From Octopus sinensis (Eukaryota), in contig NC_043015.1 in NCBI RefSeq assembly GCF_006345805.1, positions 34,906,001 through 34,970,000 on the forward strand: a stretch of 64,000 nucleotides of DNA, written 5' to 3'. The notes below the pieces were generated by a model, which saw only the letters and a program-made list of their open reading frames with translations, had not been told where the DNA came from and made no database searches. The position numbers were made by a program, and so were the translations under genes. How positions within the stretch are numbered: the stretch's first letter is position 1; the number at the start of each line of letters is the position of its first letter. Shown here in pieces: positions 13,126-24,989 of the stretch.

Positions 13126-14059
13126 ATCTGCAGAAAATGTAATGTGGCACTCTGCCCATACCCCTGCTTCCATAGTCTGGTAGATTACAAAGTAGATTGC
13201 ACCCCAGAACTCCATCATAGACTGTCATCAAGTTATTTTAAAAGTATATCAACACGTCTTTTGTTTTGTTTTTTCTATTTTCATTGTCAACACAGAACAT
13301 AATGCATTGCATCAAAATATTACTCACCCATTACTTTATAGTATACACAAAAATCATGTCTGTACATGCATTATAAAGAAAGTTATAATAATTTTAAAAC
13401 TGTAGGTGCTCATGTTTTTTGCTCCCTCAAAAATAATGCAGTGTCAGGGGAAACAATTCTAGGTGCAAATCACTATGCTAAAAGCTATCTCTCTCTCTCT
13501 CTATCTGTATTTTTGTTGGGTTATTTGTAAACTCACCTACCTACCTACCTAACTATCTATCTAGCTAATTAACTATTATATTTGCACCCCTTATTGTATC
13601 TGTCTACTCTCATAATACTGGTAGTGCCCCAGCATGACTGCAGCCTTTGGTCTGGAACATGTCAAAGATAAAAGTGTAACATCCACAGCTATTAGCTACA
13701 GTTATTTCACTTAAATTTAACTTTCAAAATATCTTTTAATGCATAAATTTCTATATTTTCATGGCTTTGTTTTTATATATTAAACATTTTGACAGTGCCT
13801 GAGATTTTAACACACAAATGCAGAATTATAAAGACCTTTCCCCCTCTCTCTAATAATATAGACCCTCTCCTTTTCTCTCTTTTGTGTTTTCCCTTTCTAT
13901 TTTTTTACTGATCCAACTATTACTGTTGTTTCTTTCTTTGTATCCCCTTTGCTCTGCCCCCCCCTCTCTCTCTCTCTTTCTTCATATATTTCTCCACTCA
14001 GGTTATAACCTCCCTTGTATCAATAACAGAAATAAGAGAAAACTAAGCAGCCTGTCACT

Positions 14060-14356
14060 GTAATGTAGAAGAAGATTAGCTCCATGCAAAGCATCGTATC
14101 TGCTGCACACTCTGCTTTGGCAGAAATACATTCATTCGGGAAAGAAACTTTCAGTGGATGAAAGTAGGATTCCTTTCGAAAGAAGAACAGGCTTACATGT
14201 CAGCAAAACCAGCCAAATGGGGCTTGAAAACCTGGGAACTAGCTTATGCAAAAACTTAGTACATGTACAACTGGCAGCTGTTCTTGCACTGAGAAACAGC
14301 CCAGGCACCAAGGGCAGTTGGTGTTGTACCCAGTGAAATCAAAGCAGCAAGACCCT
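14060..14356 (+). mobile_element. Second piggyBac transposase fragment
   Basis: 14127-14356 is a close copy of 10501-10738 (GKKLSVDES..PAKWGLKTWEL..aagcagcaagaccct). Confidence 0.85.
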
Positions 14357-15109
14357 TCAGTACATGTTTATTTTTAATTAGTTCTCTTTTTGAAAAATAA
14401 TCCCTTTCATTCTTTCTCTTGTTAGCTATTGTCATATATCATTGTCCATATTTTAGAAATGTCTTGGTTCAACAGATGCTAACTGCATTAAGTGAGGAAA
14501 TTTTTAAAAATGAGAATAAGTAAACAAACTACACTTTTTTTCGGTCCAAACACTAAGAAAGCTCAGTCCAAGTTATTTAGCATTTTAGATATTTTCATTT
14601 CTTTTCAATTCACTTCAGCTATCTATCTCTTCATATATCCATTGATATATATTTTTCTATTTGCATAACTATAGATATATCTGTAGACTCATCTACCTAC
14701 CTACATGTCTGTCTGTCTGTTTACCTAACTATCATATCCACTTTCCCTTCTACTGATGTTTGTATCTGTTTACTTTCAAAATAGCCATAAGCAAAATAAG
14801 CATTTAAACCTAATTAGAAAAACAAAAAGATTCTTTGTAAGCCGAGTACTTTTTCTATCATTGATATCAAATAACAAGTGTTTTTTTTTTTTTCCTTTGC
14901 TACTTCTGGTTTCCATGACAGAAATCAGCAACTGAAGGATGAAGTAAAAAAATGTAGGAAGACAGTGTAAAGTGAAAGAGTAGCACACATACCACAAGGG
15001 ATTTGATTTCAGAAGCAACAGTTCAGACATCTTTTTGCCAATGTTTGTATCTTCAAACATCTGTGAAAGGCAAGCATACACACAAGTGTGTGTGTGTGTG
15101 TGTGTAACC

Positions 15110-15815
15110 TAAGTGAGAAGACAAAGATTTTAATCCATCTTTAATGACCCATTACAATTGTTTCTGTGCCAATTCTACTTTCAATGCCAGTTCATGCAAA
15201 ACGTCCCATTGAAAACTTAAGTAATATTTATGATTGTAAACATTAGAGTAGCACTTCATCAAGCGTGCATCGAAGGTGCACTCTTACATTGTGCATCTGC
15301 CAAGTTTTGTGCTTTGCTTATATCAGGAGGAAACAGTGAGTAAATGAAGAAGAAAAATGTTAATAGATTGTGAAAAGATGGACAGAGTAAGTAGAGTGTC
15401 AAAACCAAAGCAGATAAGGTTAGGGGGTGAAGAAGAACAGGAACAAGAAGTACTTGACCCTCATCTTTTTCTTCTCCCCACCCACCCCCACTTCTATTTC
15501 TCCTCCTTCCTTCTCCCTTTTCTTCATCATCCTTCAACTGCTTTCTATCCCCTGATCATACTGTACCTACTGCCCTTTACATCTGTTCACAATCTATTTA
15601 CATTTTTTGTCTTTACTTCTTGTTTCCTCTCAATATAAACAAAACACAAAGCCTGGCAGATGTACAATGTAGGTATTCACCTTTGCTGCAGGTGTGAAGT
15701 GCCACTCTAATGTTTACTGGAACTTTTGCATGAACTGGCATTGAAGCAGAGTTGGTACAGAAATAATTGTAACTGGTCATTAATGATATCTTAAAATCTT
15801 TCTTTGTTTTCTTAT
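15110..15815. repeat. Long imperfect fold-back (MITE-like), arms about 280 bp
   Basis: For example tcaatgccagttcatgcaaaa vs ttttgcatgaactggcattga, and ttacattgtgcatctgccaag vs cctggcagatgtacaatgtag; purine/pyrimidine-rich loop. Confidence 0.85.
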
Positions 15816-16082
15816 TTGTATTATATTTTATTCTTTGCTAAACTCACACAACAGTGTTACTATTGTGAAACTAAGATTATCTCCTTCTTCCTAATCCTGT
15901 CCTCACTGCCCTGCTCATTGTATTGTTGTTATTTCTCCCCAGTCACAGCATTCCCCATTCCCTACTCACACTTTTCTCGACAATACTCTGCCACTTAGAT
16001 TATGATCTCTCCTTTCCTTATTCTATCATCCCATCTGTGCTCTGATCCCTGTTCCTTGTGAGTGTACCCTGGCTCTTTGCCA

Positions 16083-16138
<56 letters not shown>

Positions 16139-16282
16139 AGGTAACCCCATGTACCTCTTCTACAGCAAGACACCTGTTTCTGTCTCTCTCACACTAACCT
16201 CCTTTCATCATCAGACACAAGATCACCTCCCCCAATGCCCCCTCCCCCCTCTCAAAGATTCTCTATCTTGCAAGTCATCTGG

Positions 16283-16478
16283 TGATCCTGCCAATGCTGG
16301 TGCCATGTAAAAAGCATCCAGTTCACACTGCAAAGTGGTTGCCATCTGGAAAGGCATCCAGCCATAAAAACCATGCCAAAGCAGACATAGAAGTCTGCTG
16401 CAGTCTTCTTCCTGGTCAGCTCCTGTCAGACTATCCAACTCATGCCAGCATGGAAGGTAGATGTTATAATGATAATGA
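16283..16478 (+). mobile_element. RTE 3' end fragment
   Basis: aaggcatccagccataaaaaccatgcc..ccaactcatgccagcatggaa..aatgataatga tail. Confidence 0.7.
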
Positions 16479-16552
16479 CTGACTGGAATCCAATAGTGGG
16501 TTGAGTGCTACAAAGGAATACCCAATCTTTCTGCCCTTCCAGGACTGTTTGT

Positions 16553-16583
<31 letters not shown>

Positions 16584-17149
16584 AATATATACATGTACAC
16601 ATATATAGACATGCATGTGTTATAGTCATTAGATCATCAGTGTCTTGTGTTTTTTTTTTACTTCAGCTCGCTCTGTTCTGAGTTCAAATACAAGCAAGAT
16701 AAACTTTGCCTTTCATCCTTTTGGGGTTGATAAATAAAGTAACACTCTTGTTCTGGTTTAAGGCCATTTGATTCTGAGTTCTGTTTCCATACCTGGAATT
16801 TCTTTTCTAATTCTACTACATATTCAGCTATGTGAACAAAGTCATGAACGTAGAGAAATTTTCATGGTAAGCAATCTTAACCCCGTCTGTTATGGCCTGG
16901 AAGACAATCAGAAATAGTTGAAGACTGAGACTCAGGCCTTGGTGAACTCTTACTTGCTCAGTTTGTTGCTGTACTCATTGCTAACTAACTCTCACCTGCC
17001 ATTCATCTGCTCCAAGCTTCCACAGTGGTCACCAGATCAGGGAGGAGGGACCCTCTAAAAGGCTGTCTCCAAAAGCCAAGTACACTGCTTTACTTTTGGC
17101 TGAATACTTCTGAAGTTGCCTCCAAGAAGATAGCGGTGAATTCATGGGA

Positions 17150-17690
17150 ATGGTGAAAGAGGGAGATGGCACCAATACAGTCATCTTTATAATGTCTGTA
17201 TAGCTCTGGGGTACACCAGTAAACTGAGAAAATTTGGGCTTTGGGTACAGTTAACAAACAGGTTGGTGTAGCGAGGTCCTATCCTTGTCTCCATAGTGAT
17301 TCCAGTTACCTCGGCATTGAAAGAGAAACAGTTTAGAATGAACACTTGTACAGCCAGGCAGAGAGTATTGGAGGTAAAGAAGTATTGAAAGGCTAGGGGA
17401 CAGTTAATGTGGAGGATATTAGGGTAGAGAGATTTGATACCCACAGTGAAGAGGAAATTGGAAGGGAAAAGAATTGAAGATGGAGGGTGTGGTTAGTGTT
17501 ACAGATGTGAAACAAGAGGGAAGCAACTTGAGATGAAAGATACTTGGATATTAGTTTGATGTGGCTGTTACTGGCAGAAAAATGAGCTATTAGGTTTATG
17601 AATTTGGGGATGGAAATGGATGTTGGGCATGCAAAGCATCTGAACAATGAGGTTGGTGGTGGGAGTGAGGAGCAGATGAGTTCATGGATT
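17150..17690 (-). mobile_element. Penelope-like RT fragment
   Basis: Minus ORF 17187: IKSLYPNILH, LNCFSFN, GITMETRIGPRYTNLFV, resembling PLE DVxSLYTNIP / GxAMGTRMGPSYANLF. Confidence 0.7.
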
Positions 17691-17723
17691 GGGGAGCAAC
17701 ACACATTGGTAAATGAGTGTAGT

Positions 17724-18065
17724 CATCATCATCGTCATCATACAGCCATTTTCCATGTTTAGATGATTTGACTGGAACTGATAAGCAAGAGAGCTGCATC
17801 AGGCTCCAGTCTGTTTTGGCTTGGTTTCTACTGCTGGATACCTTTCCTGATGCCAGCCATTCCTCAGAGTGTACCAGGTTCCTTTTGCATGTCACCAGCA
17901 CTGACCACAACTATGATTTCACTGAGCCTGATGTGTCTTTTCAAGCACAGCAAATCATCAAAAGTCTCAGTCACTTGTAATTGCCTCTATGAGACTCAAC
18001 ATCCGAAGATCATACTTTACCAGCTCATCCCACATCTTCCTTTTCCACAGGTTCCCTCAGCACTG
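17724..18065 (-). mobile_element. RTE 3' end fragment
   Basis: (CAT)n tail, ctgctggatacctttcctgatgccagcc, through ttccacaggttccctc. Confidence 0.7.
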
Positions 18066-18141
18066 TTTTTTTCTTGTGCTTATGCGTATCTAGACGTATG
18101 TATGAACTTTTACGGTGCGCGTGTGTGTGTATGAGTTTGTA

Positions 18142-18988
18142 CAGGGTCAGGCAAAATGATCTGACACATTTGTAGGTTAAATAAAAGGCAAATGAAGTAA
18201 AGAAACAAAAAAGTGTTTTTATTTTTGAAAAGTACATATAATGCCATTTTGTTTCATTATGTTTTAAAAATTAAATCAGTCAAATGGGATCCATTATTGT
18301 CCACACACTGTCGAAGGCGTTCACGAAAGTTGTCAATAACTCGGCGGGTCATTTCATGTGGAATGGCAGTAATTTCTTGACGAATTGCATCTTTAAGTTG
18401 TTCAATAGATCGAGGGCGATTAATGTATACCTTTGACTTGAGGTATCCCCAGAGAAAAAATCGCATGGATTTAAATCAGGTGAAGATCATTGTGAAGAAT
18501 TCTTCGTAAGCTTCTTTCGGAAAGTCTAAGAGCCTGGGCGCGTTTAAATGTGGAACGGCGTGGAGACTGTTGAACTGAAGCTCTTACCGCTGCCACATTT
18601 TCTGGAGTTCTGGCGGTGCGAGGTCGGCCGGTTGATTTTCGTTTCAATGCAGATCCAGTTGCTCTGAAGTTGGTAACCCATAACAAGATCGTGTTTCGAG
18701 CTGGTACAGGATCATGTCAACCAAGATTGAAGTGCAAACGGAACGCTCTTTGTGTTGCAGTTACAGAATCGTTTGTTTTGATAAACGTTTCCACAATGAA
18801 AGCGTGATGCTCACCAGTCCAATTCATGGCAGCAACTGAAAAAGAAACGAAAAACAATGGCATTATAAGGAAACAAAACAAAATGGCATTATATGTACTT
18901 TTCAAAAATAAAAACACTTTTTTGTTTCTTTACTTCATTTGCCTTTTATTTAACCTACAAATGTGTCAGATCATTTTGCCTGACCCTG
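18142..18988 (-). mobile_element. Young non-autonomous Tc1/mariner deletion derivative, 847 bp
   Basis: Perfect 113-bp TIRs (18142-18254 / 18876-18988) and TA TSD on both sides; HTH region MNWTGEHHAFIVE..TGRPRTARTPENV joined directly to C-terminal PDLNPCDFFLWGYLKSKVY; catalytic core missing. Confidence 0.95.
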
Positions 18989-19241
18989 TATATATATGCA
19001 TATACATTTGGTGAAAAATGCGAGTGAAGATGTATACGTTTTCATAGTGATGTATGCGTACACACATGGTGCGCAAGCGCACATTTGTACGTATGAACAG
19101 GCATACTTACGTGTTTACTATGAACTTTTAACCTTATCTTAATTAGCAGTTTTTCGAATTTGCGCATTTGTATAATTAACGGTCTATAACACAGTAATTT
19201 CCCTTTGTATAACGGTCTTTTTTCATAGCGTTTTTCAGATG

Positions 19242-19311
19242 GCCAGATTACCGAAGATATGGTGGTGTGGATTTCCACCTTGGCATCCGAAACTCAGAGT
19301 TTTATCTTGGC
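19242..19311 (+). ncRNA. Type I hammerhead ribozyme remnant with a core mutation (CCGAAGA for CUGAAGA), predicted inactive
   Basis: gccagatta CCGAAGA [tatggtgg..ccacc..cat cc] GAAA C tcaga G TT ttatcttggc; helix I arms are complementary, helix II is imperfect. Confidence 0.5.
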
Positions 19312-19384
19312 TACTGATTAATTGTCACATATTATTTCACAGATAAATTCCTCTATCTTACTGTTTTTACCTATATAATATAAT

Positions 19385-19420
<36 letters not shown>

Positions 19421-19648
19421 ATACAAAATAAGAAAATGGAGGAATATACCTTAATCAATAATCAACTACCATAATTTATTAACCAACTACATATGAACAT
19501 CAATGTCAAACACAATAATACAAAACAAAACATTGCACATCAATGAGTAATATGATACATGGTAGTATATAGGATATATGTTATCCCATGGTGGGTTGCA
19601 CTCACAACCCCTATCTCAATTTATATGATATATAATATATAATATATA

Positions 19649-20060
19649 GGCGCAGGAGTGGCTGTGTGGTAAGTAGCTTGCTTACCAACCACATGGTTCC
19701 AGGTTCAGTCCCACTGTGTGGCACCTTGGGCTAGTGTCTTCTACTATAGCCTCGGGCTGACCAAAGCCTTGCAAGTGGATTTGGTAGACGGAAACTGAAA
19801 GAAGCCCGTTGTATATATGTGTATATATATATATGTGTGTGTGCGTGTATGTTTGTGTGTCTGTGTTTGTCTCCCTAGCATTGCTTGACAACCGATGCTG
19901 GTGTGTTTATGTCTCCATCACTTAGCGGTTCGGCAAAAGAGACCAATAGAATAAGTACTGGGCTTACAAAGAATAAGTCCCGGGGTCGAGTTGGTCGATT
20001 AAAGGCGGTGCTCCAGCATGGCCGCAGTCAAATGACTGAAACAAGTAAAAGAGTAAAGAG
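19649..20060 (+). mobile_element. Full-length tRNA-derived SINE
   Basis: A-box-like tggctgtgtggtaag, B-box-like ggttcagtccc, central (TA/TG)n, 3' ggcggtgctccagcatggccgcagtcaaatgactgaaac plus a (GAGTAAA)-like tail. Confidence 0.9.
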
Positions 20061-20250
20061 TATATAATATATTATATATATTATATATATATATATATAT
20101 AATATATTATATATAAAATGTTGAATTTCCATATCTTTCCATTAAACAAATGCGATTTCCTTAGAAGAAAAGCTTGTTCATATAAAAGTACAGACCACAC
20201 CTTAATATGCAAACTTGACCATATATATAATATATATATATATTATATAT

Positions 20251-20502
20251 CACGTGATCACGTGACCGACCAGACCATCAGATGTTGCTACACATCGCTG
20301 GTCACAATGACGCCACCCCGCTGGCTAAGCGAGCAGGCCAACAGAAGAAAGAGTGGTGAAAGAGTACAGCAGGGATCACCACCCCCTGTCGGAGCCTCGT
20401 GGAGCTTTTAGGTGTTTTCGCTCAATAAACACTCACAACGGCCGGTCTGGGAATTGAAACCGCGAGTCCGCTGCCCTAACCACTAGGCCATTGTGCCTCC
20501 AC
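20251..20502 (-). mobile_element. Second tRNA-derived SINE family
   Basis: Reverse complement begins gtggaggcacaatggcctagtggttagggcagcggactcgcggtttcaattcccagacc (A/B boxes); flanked by (TA)n. Confidence 0.85.
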
Positions 20503-20539
20503 GTATATATATATATATATAGTAGTATAATTTTTGAAG

Positions 20540-21860
20540 TGGTCAAGTTTGCATATTAAGGTGTGGTCTGTACTTTTATATGAACAAGTTTTTCTTCTAA
20601 GGAAATTGCATCATTGCATTTGTTTAATGGAAAGATTTGGAAATTCAACATTTTATTTCTTGCGCAACTGTCGATATGTTCGCTCAGGGCTATCTGCCTA
20701 TATTAAAGAAAACGAATCTGTTCTCTATGCAGTGTGACTCTGCATCTCAAAGTAAGGCCCGTTTTGCCCACATAATTGTGGCCACAACCTGAGCTGGTAA
20801 GGACATAGATAAGGTTTTGGGAAGCACATATGAAGTTGGTCTTAATTGAGAATTCTTCTCCTTGCTGGAATGTGAATTCAAAGCCTTCAGTTAGGTATGG
20901 GCATGTACCCCAATTAGGTTGTCTGCATTTTTTAACTGTTGGTATTGATTATAGTTTTGCCTTTGTTAGGAGTCTCTTGAGTGATTTGTGTTGTCTTTTG
21001 CATTTGAGGAGTTTGTGTGTATTTAGGATGTTGTTAATTTTTGGGTCTTGAGTGAGCAGAGGGAGATTTTGTATAATTGTGTGTATGCTTCATTGTTTCT
21101 GGGGTTGTAGGTTGATATGTATGGGAGTGATTTAAAGTGAGGTGTGGTGTTTTGTTTTGTTGTCCTTAGTGTGTTTGTGTCCAATTTCTTGGCACATTTA
21201 ATTCCATGGTCTATAAGTGTGGGTGAGTATTATTTCAGTGAGTGTTATTTTGAGGTCTTGTAGGCGAAGTTCTAGAATGGTTGTCAGATACAATTATACA
21301 GATCTGTTTTGCTAGATTGAATGGGATATTTATTTTGGTGTGTTTGGGATGGAATGAACTGGAAAGGAGATACTGTTTTGAGTCTGTTGGTTTGTAGATG
21401 TCAGTTGCAATTTGGTTGTTGGATTTTTTTTATAATCAAAATGTCCAGAAATGGGAGCTGTTCCTTGCTATATTTCATTGTAAATTGAATATTGGAGTTT
21501 ATATTGTTCAGTGTGGATTTGAAATCCAAGAGTTTATTATAGATTTCATTACAGATGATAAAACAATCGTCTAGGTACCTTTTCCAGTTTTCTCATATAC
21601 TGGTGGAAAAATTATCATATATAAAGATGAGATATGCTATTTTGTCTCATATTTATGTTAATTTTTGGCATAACTGCTGATGAGAACTTCACTTAGCAAA
21701 TTATTTTATTTGTTAAAGTTCAAACCTAGGTCTGGTGACAAAATATGTAAATATGTTTATTTTTTATTCCCTTCGAAATTGCTCTTAAAGGTGGTTTGGA
21801 CTTTGATGGTTCCTTCTAGTGTGTAAGGTATCCTGTTAGAGTCACCTCTTTTGTGTTTAA
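20540..21860 (-). mobile_element. Penelope-like element remnant (RT + GIY-YIG) with an inverted copy of its 3' end at 20119-20221
   Basis: Reverse complement near 21565-21595 reads ENWKRYLDDCF; near 20765-20790 GCGHNYVGQ; 20119-20221 is an inverted copy of 20540-20650. Confidence 0.8.
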
Positions 21861-22639
21861 ATGTACACTAATTTTATATGCAAAATCTATGTATATTCAT
21901 ATACATATCTATATTTTATAGTATTCCACATTTCAAAACACTCGCAGGCAGACTTTCTTTACAACTTTCAATTCATGCTTTTGTTTAACCACCTTTTCTT
22001 TTGTCATGTAGTATTCCACATTTTGAATCACCTACAATCTGTATTCTTTATGGAAAAAAACTTTTGGAACAGCCATCATACATAAATTGGGGTTTCTGTT
22101 TTTGTTTTTTCTTTTTTTCTTTGATATTTTAATCATGAAAATTGAAATGAAGAAATGGAAGTATGAATCTTTTTCTCTAAAAATGTGGAATACTACAACA
22201 TTGTGCAGCATACTTAGAAGATCCAGACTTCTCTTACAGTTCGATCAGTCTCCTTTGCTAAGCAATAAAAGTATGTTTTCTTTTCCTTGTGTTTGCTTCG
22301 TCAGTGATTAACGTTTAGTTAAGAGCTGGTATTTGTAATACAACTAGAAACAGATTCAAGCAAGGAGTGAGTATTTTGTGTGTTGATGTAATAGATGGGA
22401 AACTATTGATGGTAGGTTGTCATTGCAGCTTCATCCATTTATTGAAATAGTTATACTTACCCTGTTTGCTGCACCCTTTTAATCCACAGGCAGCATCTAG
22501 TTGCAAATAACCTAAGTGGTAGACTTAACAAGTCAATGAGCACTTTTATCACAGCAGTAAAACCAAGGCACCATGCCCACCATTCCCCACCGTTTCTACA
22601 CCTCCGTACTGAGAATAGAAACAGTTGTTATTGCACATA

Positions 22640-23611
22640 GAAGTTTAATGTCTGTCAAAGGAACTGCCTGAAAGTTGTTTTTCCCTTTTTAAAACAGTTC
22701 TTGAATTCTTGCAAGACTCTTATTCTTGTGATGAACCAAGAAATATTGCTTATATGGCAAATATATTCACAAAGTTCAATGAAGTTAGTATGCAGCTGCA
22801 AGGAAATGAGGTTAAATCTTATTCGAATAAAAGCAGCCTTCTCCATGTTTCTGTTCGAATAAAAGCTATTCAAATTTTACGTAAGCCATCGTTAGTTCTT
22901 CCAGTTTCTGAGTCTCTCTGAAATGGAGAAGGAAAAATGCATACCTGAGGATGACATTCATGTGTAGTATTCACACCTGAATGAGCTGCCCAGGGACGGA
23001 CATGTCTGATAGATTTCAAATATTTATTTTTGATTAAAATAGCAGTCTGGGTGATTCCTAAATATCAGTGATGAGGAAAGAAGAATAGTGAAGGAAGAAC
23101 TGGCTTCACTTTAAAATGACATTGAGTTGAGGCCAAAGTTTTTAAAAAAAAAATCATGTCAGGATTTTTGATTGCAAAAAGGCCTTTCTGGCTGCTACCT
23201 TGCACTGTGGAATGAAGTCAAGATGGACTTTGTTGCCTTCCCAAGCTTATTGAGTGAGGGTTGAGTGCAGTTGCCAGATTTTTTTAAGCAAAGAAACAGA
23301 GTGAAAATTATTATAAATAATTGTGGGAAGCTAAGACTACACCTGAATACCTTTCATCCAGATGTCGTGAAACTGATATCCCTGCTCAATGTACATCCAT
23401 CGCATTAAAAATAGGAAGACAACATAGTTACAGGTGGGATGTAAATTTAGTCTTTCATATTGTAAAAGCAGCAAAATAATGGGTTAATTAGGTTAAGTTT
23501 TATTTGTGAAATAACAGTTGTTTTGAATTTGCAGCAGAAAACGATCTATGTTTGTGGTGGTGATGGGGGGGGGGGGGTTAGGAGTGTGCCAAAAGAGTTT
23601 GGAAACCACTT
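22640..23611 (+). mobile_element. hAT (Buster/Charlie-type) 3' remnant
   Basis: IAYMANIFTKFNEVSMQLQG; degenerate C-terminal FVAFPS..LSAVA..; terminal gtttggaaaccact. Confidence 0.72.
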
Positions 23612-24736
23612 CTCTACACATTGAGTGAAAACTGATATATTTATAATGGCATATTTACTCATTTTATTTACTATTAATAAAAATAGGTTTTAAGCCAAAA
23701 TTATAATTTTACAGCTACATTTTTTGATGCAGAACTGTATTATAACAATTTAAAACTGATACAGAAGAAATTTTTATGACTTCTTGTTGCAGTGTAGGAA
23801 TCATATTCAATCTTATTTTCATCAACTGATTCTTCATTTAAGACAAGAAATTGGCAGTTATCAGAGCAACATATGTAACAGTTTTTAGGATTTATTTTGG
23901 GTTTCTTACATTCTAGAGTCAGATTCTATTGAAGTCCACTTTGCCTTATCCTTCCAAGGTACCAGTCAAGGCAGTGAAAAGGAAGAATTTTTACAGCATC
24001 ATACAGAATGCCTTGTAGTATTTATTCTCACTCTTTATATTTTGAGTTCAAATCCTGTTGTAGCTTCATAGGTGACAGATTGAATAAGTTCCCATTTTTA
24101 CTTATTTCTCTGTCAGGGGGAACTGTTATTGACTTATCAATAAAAAATGCAGGCATCCCCTACATTACAGCTACCACAGGTTATGGGATTGTGTGCTTAT
24201 GGAAATTGTAAAGTATGACTAATAATTTCAGGATACAGTCTGTAACTTCACTCTTACAGAAACTTGGATTGCATAGTTTTAAATTATTAATTTAGGATTA
24301 CACTTTCTTCTTAGCTCAATGGCCACTTATGTTTTAGTTAAGATCAAAGTATATAGTTAACGATTTGAAAAATTATCATCACATCACATACATACACACA
24401 CACATATACAGATGTGTAACGTACATAATGTGAGTGTGTGTGTGTTTCTATCTTCAACACAACCCACCAACAGTAACACTAATGTACAATATGAAGAAAT
24501 TAAGCAAATCCAATTCAAATGAAAATAATGTGGTATCCTAATCTATTTTAAAAGTTGAATGGAATGCCTTTGATCTTAGTTCTAAACAGGCACAGCAATA
24601 CATCTAGCAAGAACAATATGACCACCAACACTTGCTCACTTAACAAATATCTAAACCTATGCAACCCACATCATCACCGTATCAACCCACCAACTATGGA
24701 ATCCAACTGGCTTTAACAGCTATCAGCATGTATGTC

Positions 24737-24772
<36 letters not shown>

Positions 24773-24989
24773 AGTGTGTTTATGTCTTATGTCAGAAGTG
24801 CAAGTGGTGAATTACTTCTAAAATCTGGTGACTCTTCAGCTAACGGTAATTATATGGTACTTTCTCTTCCTCACTCCATCACATTTTCATTATTACATCC
24901 ATAAGGAATCAGACAATTTTCTACTCTCACAACACAGATCGATCCTGGGCAATTTTTTTTTACTTCATATTTGTTGATCATTAATTTCC

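Larger units (their letters stand above)
9960..13302 (+). mobile_element. piggyBac (PGBD4-like) transposase remnant interrupted by an RTE insertion at 11294-13125
   Basis: Fragments LFFNDEIITWFANETNIYA, MARDRYLRILSFYHLSDN, LVDESVIPFK..PAKWGLK, DRADKQMTYY..KWWKKIFFYL; Cys-rich domain CAVCS..QIQF / ICRKCNVALCPYPCF. Termini not confidently identified (possibly ~9570 and ~13455). Confidence 0.88.

Noticed and set aside
19649-19730. tRNA genes at SINE heads (also 20440-20502, 37241-37298)
   Set aside because: A/B-box-like motifs are present, but there is no complete cloverleaf and they continue into SINE bodies
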